Shown here: positions 24,161-32,708 of the stretch, in pieces
Layout: each line of letters begins with the position of its first letter
How positions within the stretch are numbered: position 1 is the stretch's first letter
Assembly (NCBI GenBank): GCA_947631055.1
Contig: CANRJZ010000001.1
Coordinates: 1-47,002, forward strand
Origin: an uncultured Clostridia bacterium
Lineage (GTDB): Bacteria > Bacillota > Clostridia > Oscillospirales > Ruminococcaceae
Length of the DNA: 47,002 nucleotides
Direction of reading: 5' to 3'
The notes under the pieces: generated by a model
What the model was told of the DNA's origin: nothing
Database searches by the model: none
Seen by the model: only the letters and a program-made list of their open reading frames with translations
Made by a program: the position numbers and the translations under genes

Positions 24161-25207
24161 ATGAAAATTTCTCACAGCGACAGCAAAGCTATTTATATGG
24201 GAAGATATGACAGATCGCCGGAAGAAACAAAACTTTATTTTGCAGGCTCGCAAATAAAGCTGAAATTCCGCGGCACGTCTCTTTCAATGACTTTCAGCGC
24301 CTCCGTATCATGGGGAAAAGTGAGCATAGGCGCGGTAATAGACGGACAGATCACAGCTGTTCCTTTGTATCCCGAAAATAACGGCAGGGACATTTCCGCC
24401 GTAATTGCCGAAAGCCTTGAAAACAAAGAACATGATGCGATAATATACAAACGTTATGCTTCAAATTATTGCCTTTTTGTAAAAGGGTTTGAGACTGACG
24501 GAGAGTTCCTTGTTCCAGACCCGCTCCCTGATCTAAAGATCGAAGTATACGGCGACAGTGTTTGTGCCGGAGAAGTTTCGGAAGCCGTAGATCATGTCGG
24601 AAAAAGCGATCCGGAAGATCATAACAGCATTTATGACAATGTATGGCACAGCTTTGTTATGCAGACGGCAAGAGAATTGAATGCACAGATACATAATATC
24701 GCTCAGGGAGGATTGGCTCTTTTTGACGGCACAGGTTATTTCCATTACCCCGATACGATCGGACTTGAAAGCATTTATGACAAAGTATGCTATTTTCCCG
24801 AAGCGGGAGAAGCCACAAAATGGGATTTTTCAAGATATATTCCCGATATAGTCATTATTGCCATAGGTCAGAACGATCAGCACAATGCCGTTACCCAGAC
24901 AAATGACCGCAATATTTCCGATCCTGTATACAGGGCAAAATGGAAAAACGCCTATATAAATATCGTAAAAGACCTGAACGAACATTACAAGACCGCCGTA
25001 TTCGTACTCACGACCACAGTGCTTATGCACGATCCAGACTGGGATAATGCCATAGAAGAAATAAAAAACGAACTTAACTCTATGGGAATAAAAACTTTCC
25101 ACAATATGTTCAGCAGAAACGGAGCGGCAACTCCGGGACATCCGAGAATACCCGAACATAACGAAATGGCACGGGAACTTACGGCTTTCATAAAAAATAT
25201 CCTGTGA
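24161..25207 (+). CDS. SGNH hydrolase with an N-terminal beta-sandwich, resembling a carbohydrate esterase family 2 acetyl esterase; cytoplasmic
   Basis: IEVYGDSVCAGE (GDS block), IAIGQNDQ (GxND block) and a C-terminal GHP..PEH. No signal peptide. ATG at 24161 follows AAAGGA. Confidence 0.65.
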   Translation: MKISHSDSKAIYMGRYDRSPEETKLYFAGSQIKLKFRGTSLSMTFSASVSWGKVSIGAVIDGQITAVPLYPENNGRDISAVIAESLENKEHDAIIYKRYASNYCLFVKGFETDGEFLVPDPLPDLKIEVYGDSVCAGEVSEAVDHVGKSDPEDHNSIYDNVWHSFVMQTARELNAQIHNIAQGGLALFDGTGYFHYPDTIGLESIYDKVCYFPEAGEATKWDFSRYIPDIVIIAIGQNDQHNAVTQTNDRNISDPVYRAKWKNAYINIVKDLNEHYKTAVFVLTTTVLMHDPDWDNAIEEIKNELNSMGIKTFHNMFSRNGAATPGHPRIPEHNEMARELTAFIKNIL

Positions 25208-25257
25208 CAAGCCGGCATTTTCGGATATGACGTTGCCGCGGCAGCGTCCGTCTGCTA

Positions 25258-25286
25258 TTGAAATAACATACATTATGTGTTATAAT
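25258..25286 (+). promoter_or_regulatory. Sigma-A promoter of queC-queF
   Basis: TTGAAA (25258-25263), 17-nt spacer, TGT-TATAAT (25281-25286). Confidence 0.65.
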
Positions 25287-25292
25287 TTATAA

Positions 25293-25429
25293 AAATGCGC
25301 CGGCAAAAGCACCGCATTATGAAGGTATCTTATTAAGCGGGAAATGCCGGAACAATGATACCCGCTCACAAGCGGAGCGAAACAAGATCATTATGAAAGG
25401 AAAAACCTGCTTTGCAGGCAGAAAGGTAT
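25293..25429 (+). promoter_or_regulatory. Structured ~135-nt 5' leader of queC (possible preQ1-responsive element, class unresolved)
   Basis: Hairpin AUGCG..CGCAU has the loop CCGGC, which is complementary to a downstream GCCGG. Helices AGCGGG..CCCGCU and CCGCU..AGCGG are mutually exclusive. Hairpin CCUGC-UUU-GCAGG abuts the RBS. Confidence 0.35.
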
Positions 25430-26110
25430 ATGAAAGCTCTTGTACTGTTCAGCGGCGGTGTGGACAGCTCCACATGCCTTGCTATGGCAGTTAAAAAATA
25501 TGGCGCCGAAAACGTGACCGCACTTTCCATATTTTACGGTCAAAAACATGATAAGGAGATCTCTGCCGCCGATGCTGTGGCAGAATTCTATAATACCGAA
25601 CATATCAAGCTTGATCTTAGTCTTATATTTGATTTCAGCAGCTGTTCCCTTCTTTCTCATTCGCATAAAGACATTCCCCACGAAAGCTATGCCGAACAGC
25701 TTGAAAAAACAGACGGCTCTCCGGTCTCGACATATGTTCCTTTCCGTAACGGACTTTTCATATCGGCAGCCGCCAGCATAGCCATATCCAAAGGCTGTGA
25801 AACAATACTTTACGGAGCGCACGCCGACGATTCCGCAGGAAATGCATATCCGGACTGTTCAGCCGAATTCAACGATGCGATGAACAGCGCCGTCCGGCTC
25901 GGAAGCGGCGGACAAGTACGGATCGAAGCTCCTTTCGTCGGAATGACAAAGGCTCAGGTAGTAAAAATAGGATCAGAGCTGAATGTCCCATACGAACTGA
26001 CATGGAGCTGCTACGAAGGCGGAGAAAAACCATGCGGCGTCTGCGGCACCTGCCGTGACAGGATCGCAGCTTTTGAAGCAAACGGCATACATGACCCTCT
26101 TATATATTAA
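25430..26110 (+). CDS. queC: 7-cyano-7-deazaguanine synthase
   Basis: MKALVLFSGGVDSSTC PP-loop motif and a C-terminal Zn-binding CYEGGEKPCGVCGTCRDR. Confidence 0.93.
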   Translation: MKALVLFSGGVDSSTCLAMAVKKYGAENVTALSIFYGQKHDKEISAADAVAEFYNTEHIKLDLSLIFDFSSCSLLSHSHKDIPHESYAEQLEKTDGSPVSTYVPFRNGLFISAAASIAISKGCETILYGAHADDSAGNAYPDCSAEFNDAMNSAVRLGSGGQVRIEAPFVGMTKAQVVKIGSELNVPYELTWSCYEGGEKPCGVCGTCRDRIAAFEANGIHDPLIY

Positions 26111-26122
26111 AGGAGAACTTTT

Positions 26123-26620
26123 ATGGCAGGAAGAACGAAAAAAGAAACCGAAGGGATCACCCTTCTGGGAAACCAAAAAACAAAATATCCGGACGATTAC
26201 GCTCCGGAAGTTCTGGAAACTTTTATCAACAAACATCGTGAAAACGATTATTTTGTAAAATTCAATTGTCCGGAATTTACCAGCCTTTGCCCTATCACCG
26301 GTCAGCCGGATTTTGCCGCTATATATATTTCCTATGTTCCGGCGGAAAAAATGGTGGAAAGCAAATCCCTCAAGCTTTATCTTTACAGTTTCCGCAATCA
26401 TGGAGACTTCCATGAAGACTGCGTAAACACCATAATGAAGGATCTTATAAAGCTTATGGATCCGAAATATATAGAAGTATGGGGCAAATTCACTCCAAGG
26501 GGAGGAATATCAATAGACCCCTACTGCAACTACGGGAAAAAAGGCACGATATGGGAACAAACGGCTATTGACCGCCTTACGCATCATGATATGTATCCCG
26601 AAAAAATAGACAACCGCTGA
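26123..26620 (+). CDS. queF: NADPH-dependent 7-cyano-7-deazaguanine reductase (type I)
   Basis: [14 protein letters not shown] catalytic Cys motif and [17 protein letters not shown]. 165 aa. Confidence 0.93.
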   Translation: MAGRTKKETEGITLLGNQKTKYPDDYAPEVLETFINKHRENDYFVKFNCPEFTSLCPITGQPDFAAIYISYVPAEKMVESKSLKLYLYSFRNHGDFHEDCVNTIMKDLIKLMDPKYIEVWGKFTPRGGISIDPYCNYGKKGTIWEQTAIDRLTHHDMYPEKIDNR

Positions 26621-26661
26621 AAAGCATATTTTGTCAGAACATCTTTGTTTTCATTTTGGCA

Positions 26662-26690
26662 TTGACAAAAAAGAATAATTATGCTAAAAT
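26662..26690 (+). promoter_or_regulatory. Sigma-A promoter
   Basis: TTGACA, 17-nt spacer, TGC-TAAAAT. Confidence 0.6.
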
Positions 26691-26721
26691 GTATTTATGA
26701 TTTTCCGGGAGGGTGTTTTCC

Positions 26722-26997
26722 ATGAATGATAATGAAGAAAAGAAACTTTGCGTTTCAAGCCTTGTGCTGGGTATTGTCGGAATAGTCTTTTCACTTATCG
26801 TGCCTGCTGTTGCTTATGCCTGCTCGATACCGGGACTTATTGCCGGTATAAGAAAAAGCAGAAAAAATTACAGTGTTTCGGCAGGGATCGTTCTTAACAT
26901 CATAGCTCTTTCCCTTGCGCTCATCAACTCGGTGATCGGCGTTGTTATGACAGTAAAACTGCTCTTTTCCGACCGTGAAGACTCAGACAAGGAATAA
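26722..26997 (+). CDS. Small two-TM membrane protein (DUF4190-like)
   Basis: ATG at 26722 follows GGGAGGG. Two hydrophobic helices (LVLGIVGIVFSLIVPAVAYA and IVLNIIALSLALINSVIGVV). Confidence 0.6.
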   Translation: MNDNEEKKLCVSSLVLGIVGIVFSLIVPAVAYACSIPGLIAGIRKSRKNYSVSAGIVLNIIALSLALINSVIGVVMTVKLLFSDREDSDKE

Positions 26998-27107
26998 TTA
27001 CCCCGCTTCAGACGGGAACAAGCTAACAGCCGGATCTCACATTAAAATTTTTTATTAAGTATACGAACTTTGGTTATTTGACAAACAAGGAACAAACCTA
27101 AAAGCAA

Positions 27108-27152
27108 GGGCAGCCGAGGAGCCTTAAAAGCGGACGGCTGCCCATTTTCTTT
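27108..27152 (+). terminator. Intrinsic terminator-like hairpin
   Basis: GGGCAGCCG..CGGCTGCCC (9 bp, 18-nt loop) followed by ATTTTCTTT. Confidence 0.55.
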
Positions 27153-27230
27153 ATAATTTCCCTCGTTTATCGAATAACTAAAGATCATAACTATTAAATT
27201 TTAGCCATATGTAATTAAAGGCTTACCTGC

Positions 27231-27245
27231 AACTCTCAACACTTA
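27231..27245 (+). repeat. 15-nt fragment shared with the flank of the 10.8-kb inverted repeat
   Basis: AACTCTCAACACTTA is the exact reverse complement of 10793-10807. The adjacent ATAAATTATAATTATT also occurs at about 322-337. Confidence 0.5.
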
Positions 27246-27277
27246 ATAAATTATAATTATTTAAAGGAGAACATATT

Positions 27278-28108
27278 ATGGAAAAGAAAACTATAAAGAT
27301 CAGCGTTCCTTATGAAAAAGCAGGTCTCCCGTCAGATGGCTGCGGCGCCGAACTTGATATCTATACCATTGAACGCTATGATAACGTGAGGATAAAAAAC
27401 CGTCCCGCGATCATCATCTGTCCGGGAGGAGGATATGAATACTGTTCCGTCCGCGAAGCAGAACCAATAGCAATAAGATTTGCGGCTTACGGGATATCGG
27501 CATTTGTATTAAGATACAGCTGCATAAACAAAATGTTCCCCACCGCACTGCTGGAAGCCGCCGCATCAATGGCATACGTCCGCGATAATTCCGAACTCCT
27601 CGGCATAGATCCGAATAAAATAATGATATGCGGATTTTCAGCCGGAGGACATCTTGCCGCAAGCCTTGCAGTCCACTGGAAAAAACCTTTTATTTCCGGC
27701 GTTTTTGAAAGAGATCCGAAAATATTCCGCCCAAACGGAGCCGTTCTCTGCTATCCCGTTATCACTTCCGGAGAAAAGCGCCACGACGGTTCAATAATAA
27801 ATATCGTCGGAAAGGATCGCCCCGCAGAAATGATGGAGCCCGTTTCTCTTGAAAAACAGGTAACGGCAGACGTTCCACCGACATTTATATGGCATACTGC
27901 CAACGATGACTGCGTGCCGGTAGAAAATACGCTTCTTTTTGCCTCCGCATTGGCTGAAAACAAAATACCTTTTGCTTGCCATATATTTGAAAAAGGAGTG
28001 CATGGGCTGGCTTTATGCGATGACGTTACGGCAGGATACGAAGGACATATAGAACCTGACTGCGCACAATGGTTCAATATGGCGGTAAGCTGGATAAAAG
28101 CTTTATAA
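27278..28108 (+). CDS. Alpha/beta hydrolase (esterase/lipase-type)
   Basis: GFSAGGHLA nucleophile elbow (GxSxG) and the oxyanion region IIICPGGGY. 276 aa with an AAAGGAGA RBS. Confidence 0.82.
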   Translation: MEKKTIKISVPYEKAGLPSDGCGAELDIYTIERYDNVRIKNRPAIIICPGGGYEYCSVREAEPIAIRFAAYGISAFVLRYSCINKMFPTALLEAAASMAYVRDNSELLGIDPNKIMICGFSAGGHLAASLAVHWKKPFISGVFERDPKIFRPNGAVLCYPVITSGEKRHDGSIINIVGKDRPAEMMEPVSLEKQVTADVPPTFIWHTANDDCVPVENTLLFASALAENKIPFACHIFEKGVHGLALCDDVTAGYEGHIEPDCAQWFNMAVSWIKAL

Positions 28109-28129
28109 GCCCATACGCAAAACAAGCTA

Positions 28130-28158
28130 TTGACATTATACGACAAATCAGTTATAAT
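28130..28158 (+). promoter_or_regulatory. Sigma-A promoter
   Basis: TTGACA, 17-nt spacer, TATAAT. Confidence 0.65.
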
Positions 28159-28215
28159 TATTTGTGGAGTATGAACATTTCTGCACACACAAAAATATAA
28201 AGGGGTAAATTTATT

Positions 28216-28896
28216 ATGAGATACGAGATCAAAGGTACGCCGTTTCCTGTTGTGATATGCCGGATAGAAGCCGGAGAAACCATGTGCTGCCAGCGAGGCG
28301 GTATGTCATGGATGTCTCCGAATATCACTATGTCCACAAACGCCGGCGGCGGGCTCGGTAAGATGTTTTCCCGCGCAGTAACGGGAGAATCCATATTTCA
28401 GAATAAATATACCGCTCAGGGAAGTATGGGCGAAATAGCTTTTGCTTCGTCGGTGCCGGGAAATATACTTCCCTTTGAGATATCTTCGTCAAAGCAGATA
28501 GTCGCTCAGAAATCCGCTTATCTTGCCTCTACGGAAAAAGTTGATCTGAGCATATTCTTCCAGAAAAAATTCGGCGCCGGTATTTTCGGCGGTGAAGGTT
28601 TTATAATGCAGAAGCTGAGCGGCGAAGGCGTCGCCTTCCTTGAGATCGACGGAAGCGTTGTCGAATATGAACTTGCGGCAGGACAGTCTATACTGATAGA
28701 TACCGGTTATCTTGCAGCTATGGACGTGACCTGTTCCATAGATATCGAAACCGTAAAAGGTGTGGGAAACGTGCTTTTCGGCGGAGAAGGTCTGTTTAAC
28801 ACCAAAGTCACCGGACCGGGACATATATGGCTGCAAACTATGCCTATTGCTTCGCTGGCAGGCTCTGTTCGTCCGTTTATCGCAACAGGCAATTAA
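28216..28896 (+). CDS. TIGR00266/AIM24 (DUF124) family protein
   Basis: MRYEIKGTPFPVVICRIEAGETMCCQRGGMSWMS and GEGFIMQKLSGEGVAFLEIDGS match the family pattern from memory. Confidence 0.78.
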   Translation: MRYEIKGTPFPVVICRIEAGETMCCQRGGMSWMSPNITMSTNAGGGLGKMFSRAVTGESIFQNKYTAQGSMGEIAFASSVPGNILPFEISSSKQIVAQKSAYLASTEKVDLSIFFQKKFGAGIFGGEGFIMQKLSGEGVAFLEIDGSVVEYELAAGQSILIDTGYLAAMDVTCSIDIETVKGVGNVLFGGEGLFNTKVTGPGHIWLQTMPIASLAGSVRPFIATGN

Positions 28897-28919
28897 GTCC
28901 TTGATGGATATGACGGATC

Positions 28920-28951
28920 TCCCCGATATATGTCGGGGAAATTTGTTTTTT
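28920..28951 (+). terminator. Intrinsic terminator
   Basis: TCCCCGA-TATATG-TCGGGGA followed by AATTTGTTTTTT. Confidence 0.8.
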
Positions 28952-28973
28952 ATGTAAAGATCCGGTCCAGCCC

Positions 28974-29001
28974 TTGAAAAAAACAATTAAAATGTTATAA
29001 T
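28974..29001 (+). promoter_or_regulatory. Sigma-A promoter
   Basis: TTGAAA, 16-nt spacer, TGT-TATAAT. Confidence 0.6.
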
Positions 29002-29065
29002 TTAACTTACGGTAAAATAATTTGAAATAATATCGGAAGTCCCAAACCAAAGGAGAGTAATAATT

Positions 29066-29989
29066 TTGCGCGGAATAAAATATTTATTGATAATAACGGT
29101 ACTGCTTATAGCATTGGCTTTTGTACTTACCAATTTCGTTTTCACCGGAAACGATGAAAAAGAGGCGGAAGTGACGGAACCTATTGTCACAACGGACACT
29201 TCTGCAACGGAATACGATCCTTGGGAGGATGAGAATATAGACAACGCATGGGCAATGTTCCTCGTGAACAAAAATAATCCTCTGCCTGCCGATTATGACA
29301 GTATGATAGATACCGAAGTAGTCTTTGAAAGCTGGAGAGAATATGAGCTTGACGCCCGCGCCGCAGATTACCTGAAAAGAATGGTAGCCGACGCAAAAGA
29401 GGACGGAATAGATCTCCTTGTAGTATCGGCATACAGAACTATAGAATATCAGCAGCAGAATTTTGACAACAGCGTAAAGGACAGAATGGACAACAAAGGT
29501 ATGACTTACGATGAGGCTTATGCAGATACGCTCAATGAAGTTGCGCTGCCCGGAGAAAGCGAGCATAACGCCGGTCTTGCTCTTGACATTATGTGTGAAG
29601 AATATCAGAGCATGGACGATGACGGCTTTGAAAATACAGACGCCTTTAAATGGCTCGATGAACACGCTCACGAATACGGATTTATCCTCAGATATCCAAA
29701 AGACAAATATAATGTGACAAATATCATATACGAACCGTGGCATTACCGATTTGTCGGAGTTTATTATGCAAATGAAATAAAACAGAGCGGTCTGTGTCTG
29801 GAAGAATACTATCAGTCCATGGGCTGGCTTGACGAAAACGGAAAGGCAATAAAGATGCGCGGCCCTTACGACGAGATAGAAAGAGCGGAAAAAGAAAAGG
29901 CAGAAACGTCTGTGACCGTTGAAACAGAACCGAAAAAGACGATGCCTTCAATACCGTATTCCGAACAGCAAATAACAATAATAGTCTGA
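29066..29989 (+). CDS. D-alanyl-D-alanine carboxypeptidase, VanY/M15B family, membrane-anchored
   Basis: SAYRTIEYQ, PGESEHNAGLALDI and EPWHYRFVG zinc-peptidase motifs. N-terminal TM segment. TTG start follows AAAGGAGAG. Confidence 0.85.
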   Translation: MRGIKYLLIITVLLIALAFVLTNFVFTGNDEKEAEVTEPIVTTDTSATEYDPWEDENIDNAWAMFLVNKNNPLPADYDSMIDTEVVFESWREYELDARAADYLKRMVADAKEDGIDLLVVSAYRTIEYQQQNFDNSVKDRMDNKGMTYDEAYADTLNEVALPGESEHNAGLALDIMCEEYQSMDDDGFENTDAFKWLDEHAHEYGFILRYPKDKYNVTNIIYEPWHYRFVGVYYANEIKQSGLCLEEYYQSMGWLDENGKAIKMRGPYDEIERAEKEKAETSVTVETEPKKTMPSIPYSEQQITIIV

Positions 29990-30029
29990 AAAATTACAGC
30001 CATCGGTCATTCGGTGGCTGTAACTTTTC
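29988..30029. terminator. Bidirectional terminator between convergent genes
   Basis: TTACAGCCA..TGGCTGTAA (9 bp) flanked by GAAAAA and CTTTTC. Confidence 0.7.
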
Positions 30030-30050
30030 AAAAATATTTCTTTCAGGATA

Positions 30051-30743
30051 TCATCGGCGTTCGTTTTTTATCAGAATATTATTTTCAGCTTTTATAAACA
30101 TTTTGTAAACAGGCGAGATCATTTTGAAATCACCTGCAATTTTATCCGCAAGCCTGTCGCTGAAAAGGAGCTTGAAATCCTTGCTGTCGCAGGAAAGCCC
30201 TATATCCCTGCGGTTCAGCCATTCTTTTTCCTCCTGAGACGCATCCGGAAAATGATTTTTCTTGTACAGATCTCCGTAAAGCGCAAAAACGTTCTGGGAT
30301 CTGTAAGCTTTCAGCGCAGCTTTGGCGGAGCTGTCCTTATTCAGGATAAGCGAGCGTATCTCTGTCATTGTTTCGGAAGAAGCATAGTAATATCCGCAGC
30401 CGTAACTAAATCCTGAGGGCGAAATGCTGAAATAATATCCCGGCAAAGATCTGTATGCATCCGTGGTCCTGCTGAATGTATACCAGAGATGATCCCTGAA
30501 AACAGGTCCGCCTCTTGAATATCGGGCATCGCGGTATATGCGGGATATCCGCTTTGGGTCACAGATAAATTTATCGTCTATCTCAAGCATTGTGTCCGTA
30601 AGCTTTACAACAAGTTCGCGGAAAGGATAAAGAACATTATTGTTATATTCTTCCTTGTGATCGGAAAACCATACTTTGCTGTCATTAAGACAGTTTTCAA
30701 AAAGGAAATCAAGCGATTTCGGCGAAAAATTCATTTTAAACAT
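30051..30743 (-). CDS. TIGR02453 (DUF2461) family protein
   Basis: FLFENCLNDSKVWFSDHKEEY and ISRIYRDARYSRGGPVFRDHLWYTF match the family pattern from memory. Confidence 0.78.
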   Translation of the reverse strand: MFKMNFSPKSLDFLFENCLNDSKVWFSDHKEEYNNNVLYPFRELVVKLTDTMLEIDDKFICDPKRISRIYRDARYSRGGPVFRDHLWYTFSRTTDAYRSLPGYYFSISPSGFSYGCGYYYASSETMTEIRSLILNKDSSAKAALKAYRSQNVFALYGDLYKKNHFPDASQEEKEWLNRRDIGLSCDSKDFKLLFSDRLADKIAGDFKMISPVYKMFIKAENNILIKNERR

Positions 30744-30835
30744 CTCCGGAAATTATTTTATGAATTACATTATAACTCATTCTGAATAAAATTTCAATAG
30801 CATACGGCAATTTATTATGATCCCGAATAACGGCA

Positions 30836-30864
30836 TTGACAAAAAGCCGGCAATATGATATAAT
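30836..30864 (+). promoter_or_regulatory. Consensus sigma-A promoter of queD-queE-folE
   Basis: TTGACA (30836-30841), 17-nt spacer, TGA-TATAAT (30859-30864). Confidence 0.75.
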
Positions 30865-30881
30865 TACACTGTAAAATTTAA

Positions 30882-30930
30882 CAGCGCAGTTCATTTGTAC
30901 CCTCCTGCGCAATTGTATAAAACCAAAACC
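30882..30930 (+). promoter_or_regulatory. Candidate preQ1-I-like riboswitch aptamer
   Basis: P1 is GCGCAG (30884-30889)/CUGCGC (30905-30910). The loop UUCAUUUGUACCCUC and tail AAUUGUAUAAAACCAAAAC resemble the B. subtilis queC aptamer as I recall it (GGUUCUAGCUACACCCUCUAUAAAAAACUAA). A P2 pairing UUUG/CAAA is possible. Located in a que operon leader. Confidence 0.45.
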
Positions 30931-30945
30931 GGGACTTGCACATGA

Positions 30946-30980
30946 GGTGTGAAGTCTTTCTTCACGCCTTTTTTGTTTTT
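30946..30980 (+). terminator. Leader (attenuator) terminator upstream of queD
   Basis: GGTGTGAAG-TCTTT-CTTCACGCC (9 bp with one G-U) followed by TTTTTTGTTTTT, 25 nt before the queD ATG. Confidence 0.75.
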
Positions 30981-31004
30981 GAAGATCCCTTCGGGAGGTA
31001 TTTT

Positions 31005-31427
31005 ATGTATACACTTAAAACGGAAGCCGCTTTTGACAGCGCTCATTTTCTTTCCGGATATGAAGGAAAATGCAGCAATCTCCATGGGCACCGCTGGGTA
31101 ATATCCGCGGAAATAATATCCGAAAAACTTCACGAAAGCGGTCAGCTCCGCGGAATGGTGACCGATTTCGGAGATATAAAAAACGATCTCAAAGAGCTTG
31201 CGGACAGCTTCGATCATTCTTTTATCTACGAAAAAAATTCTCTTAAAGAGGCTACGGTCTCAGCTTTGAAAAGCGAAAATTTCCGCTTGACAGAAGTTGA
31301 TTTCCGCCCGACTGCGGAAAATTTTTCGGAATTTTTTTATAACGCACTTGTGAGCAAAGGATATCATGTAAAAAAAGTCACTGTTTATGAAACTCCTAAC
31401 AACTGCGCAAGCTATTCAAAGGACTGA
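31005..31427 (+). CDS. queD: 6-carboxy-5,6,7,8-tetrahydropterin synthase
   Basis: FDSAHFLSGYEGKCSNLHGHRW (Cx3HGH Zn motif). ATG at 31005 follows GGGAGG. The track ORF start at 30936 would include the leader terminator. Confidence 0.92.
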   Translation: MYTLKTEAAFDSAHFLSGYEGKCSNLHGHRWVISAEIISEKLHESGQLRGMVTDFGDIKNDLKELADSFDHSFIYEKNSLKEATVSALKSENFRLTEVDFRPTAENFSEFFYNALVSKGYHVKKVTVYETPNNCASYSKD

Positions 31428-31432
31428 TAAAA

Positions 31433-32101
31433 ATGCATAAATACAATATAGCAGAAACTTTTTCAAGCATAAACGGCGAGGGAACAAAAGCCGGTCAACT
31501 GGCATTTTTTATAAGATTTACCGGCTGCAATCTGAATTGTTCATACTGCGATACAAAATGGGCAAATGAAAAAAACGCGCCATTTGTTCCGATGGCCGCA
31601 GATGAGATACTTGGAGCCGCCGTAAAAAGCGGCATCAGAAATATTACCGTTACCGGCGGAGAACCGCTTATACAGCAGGAGATCATTCCTTTGCTGAAAT
31701 TGCTTTGCAGAAATAATTTCAGCGTTGAGATAGAAACCAACGGCGCAGCCGATATTTCCGAAGCCGCAAAGATTTTTCCCGATCGGCCGTCGATCACGCT
31801 GGATTACAAATTGCCCTCCAGCGGAATGGAAAAATTTATGCTTATGGAAAATTATAAATTCCTTGATAAAAAAGATACTGTAAAATTCGTTTCCGGAAGT
31901 ATTACGGATCTTGAAAGAGCCGCCGAAATAATTTCGGAATATGATCTAACGGAAAGATGTCACGTTTATTTAAGTCCGGTCTTTGGAAAGATCGCTCCTG
32001 AAGATATGGTCGATTTTATGCTGAGAAAAAAAATGAACGGAGTAAACCTTCAGTTACAGCTGCACAAAATAATATGGGATCCGGACAAAAGAGGTGTTTG
32101 A
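31433..32101 (+). CDS. queE: 7-carboxy-7-deazaguanine synthase (radical SAM)
   Basis: [18 protein letters not shown] (Cx3Cx2C) and 222 aa, in a que operon context. Confidence 0.9.
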   Translation: MHKYNIAETFSSINGEGTKAGQLAFFIRFTGCNLNCSYCDTKWANEKNAPFVPMAADEILGAAVKSGIRNITVTGGEPLIQQEIIPLLKLLCRNNFSVEIETNGAADISEAAKIFPDRPSITLDYKLPSSGMEKFMLMENYKFLDKKDTVKFVSGSITDLERAAEIISEYDLTERCHVYLSPVFGKIAPEDMVDFMLRKKMNGVNLQLQLHKIIWDPDKRGV

Positions 32102-32102
32102 T

Positions 32103-32687
32103 ATGGATAAAATAAATTATGCCGAGATCGAAAAGCATATAAGAGGTATCCTGACCGCACTGGGAGACGATCCCGACCGTGAAGGGCTCAGGGAAACTCC
32201 TGCGCGCGTTGCAAAAATGTACGGCGAAGTTTTTGAAGGAATGAATTACACCAATGCTGAGATCGCGGAAATGTTCAGCAAATCATTTGAAGACAGTTTC
32301 ACGCATATGTCCGATGATATTGTTGTCGTGAAAGACATTGAAGTTTTTTCCTATTGCGAACATCATCTTGCTCTTATGTACGATATGAAAGTCACTGTTG
32401 CATATGTCCCGAAAGGAAAAGTTCTCGGACTTTCAAAAATTGCAAGGATAGCGGATATGGCAGCAAAGCGCTTGCAGCTCCAGGAACGTCTTGGCTCGGA
32501 TATTGCTGAGATCATTCAGATGGCCAGCGGCTCGGAGGACGTTGCCGTTTTCATTGAAGCAAATCACAGCTGTATGACTGCAAGGGGGATAAAAAAGCCT
32601 TCCGCAAAGACTGTAACGTCCACGTTCAGAGGACGCTTTGAAACAGATAATGATCTGCGGAACAGGTTATATTTTCAGATAAGATAG
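32103..32687 (+). CDS. folE: GTP cyclohydrolase I
   Basis: [23 protein letters not shown] and HSCMTARG motifs. ATG at 32103 lies just after the queE stop. Confidence 0.93.
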   Translation: MDKINYAEIEKHIRGILTALGDDPDREGLRETPARVAKMYGEVFEGMNYTNAEIAEMFSKSFEDSFTHMSDDIVVVKDIEVFSYCEHHLALMYDMKVTVAYVPKGKVLGLSKIARIADMAAKRLQLQERLGSDIAEIIQMASGSEDVAVFIEANHSCMTARGIKKPSAKTVTSTFRGRFETDNDLRNRLYFQIR

Positions 32688-32708
32688 CAGACTGAGCTTT
32701 TTTATTTT

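Noticed and set aside
27078-27083. A TTGACA hexamer upstream of the 27108 hairpin as the promoter of a small RNA
   Set aside because: No acceptable -10 element lies 16-18 nt downstream. The hairpin is more simply the terminator of the preceding small membrane-protein gene.
31433-32101. The radical-SAM enzyme as a RiPP or sactipeptide maturase
   Set aside because: Its size, the CNLNCSYC motif and its position between queD and folE identify it as QueE. There is no precursor-peptide ORF nearby.
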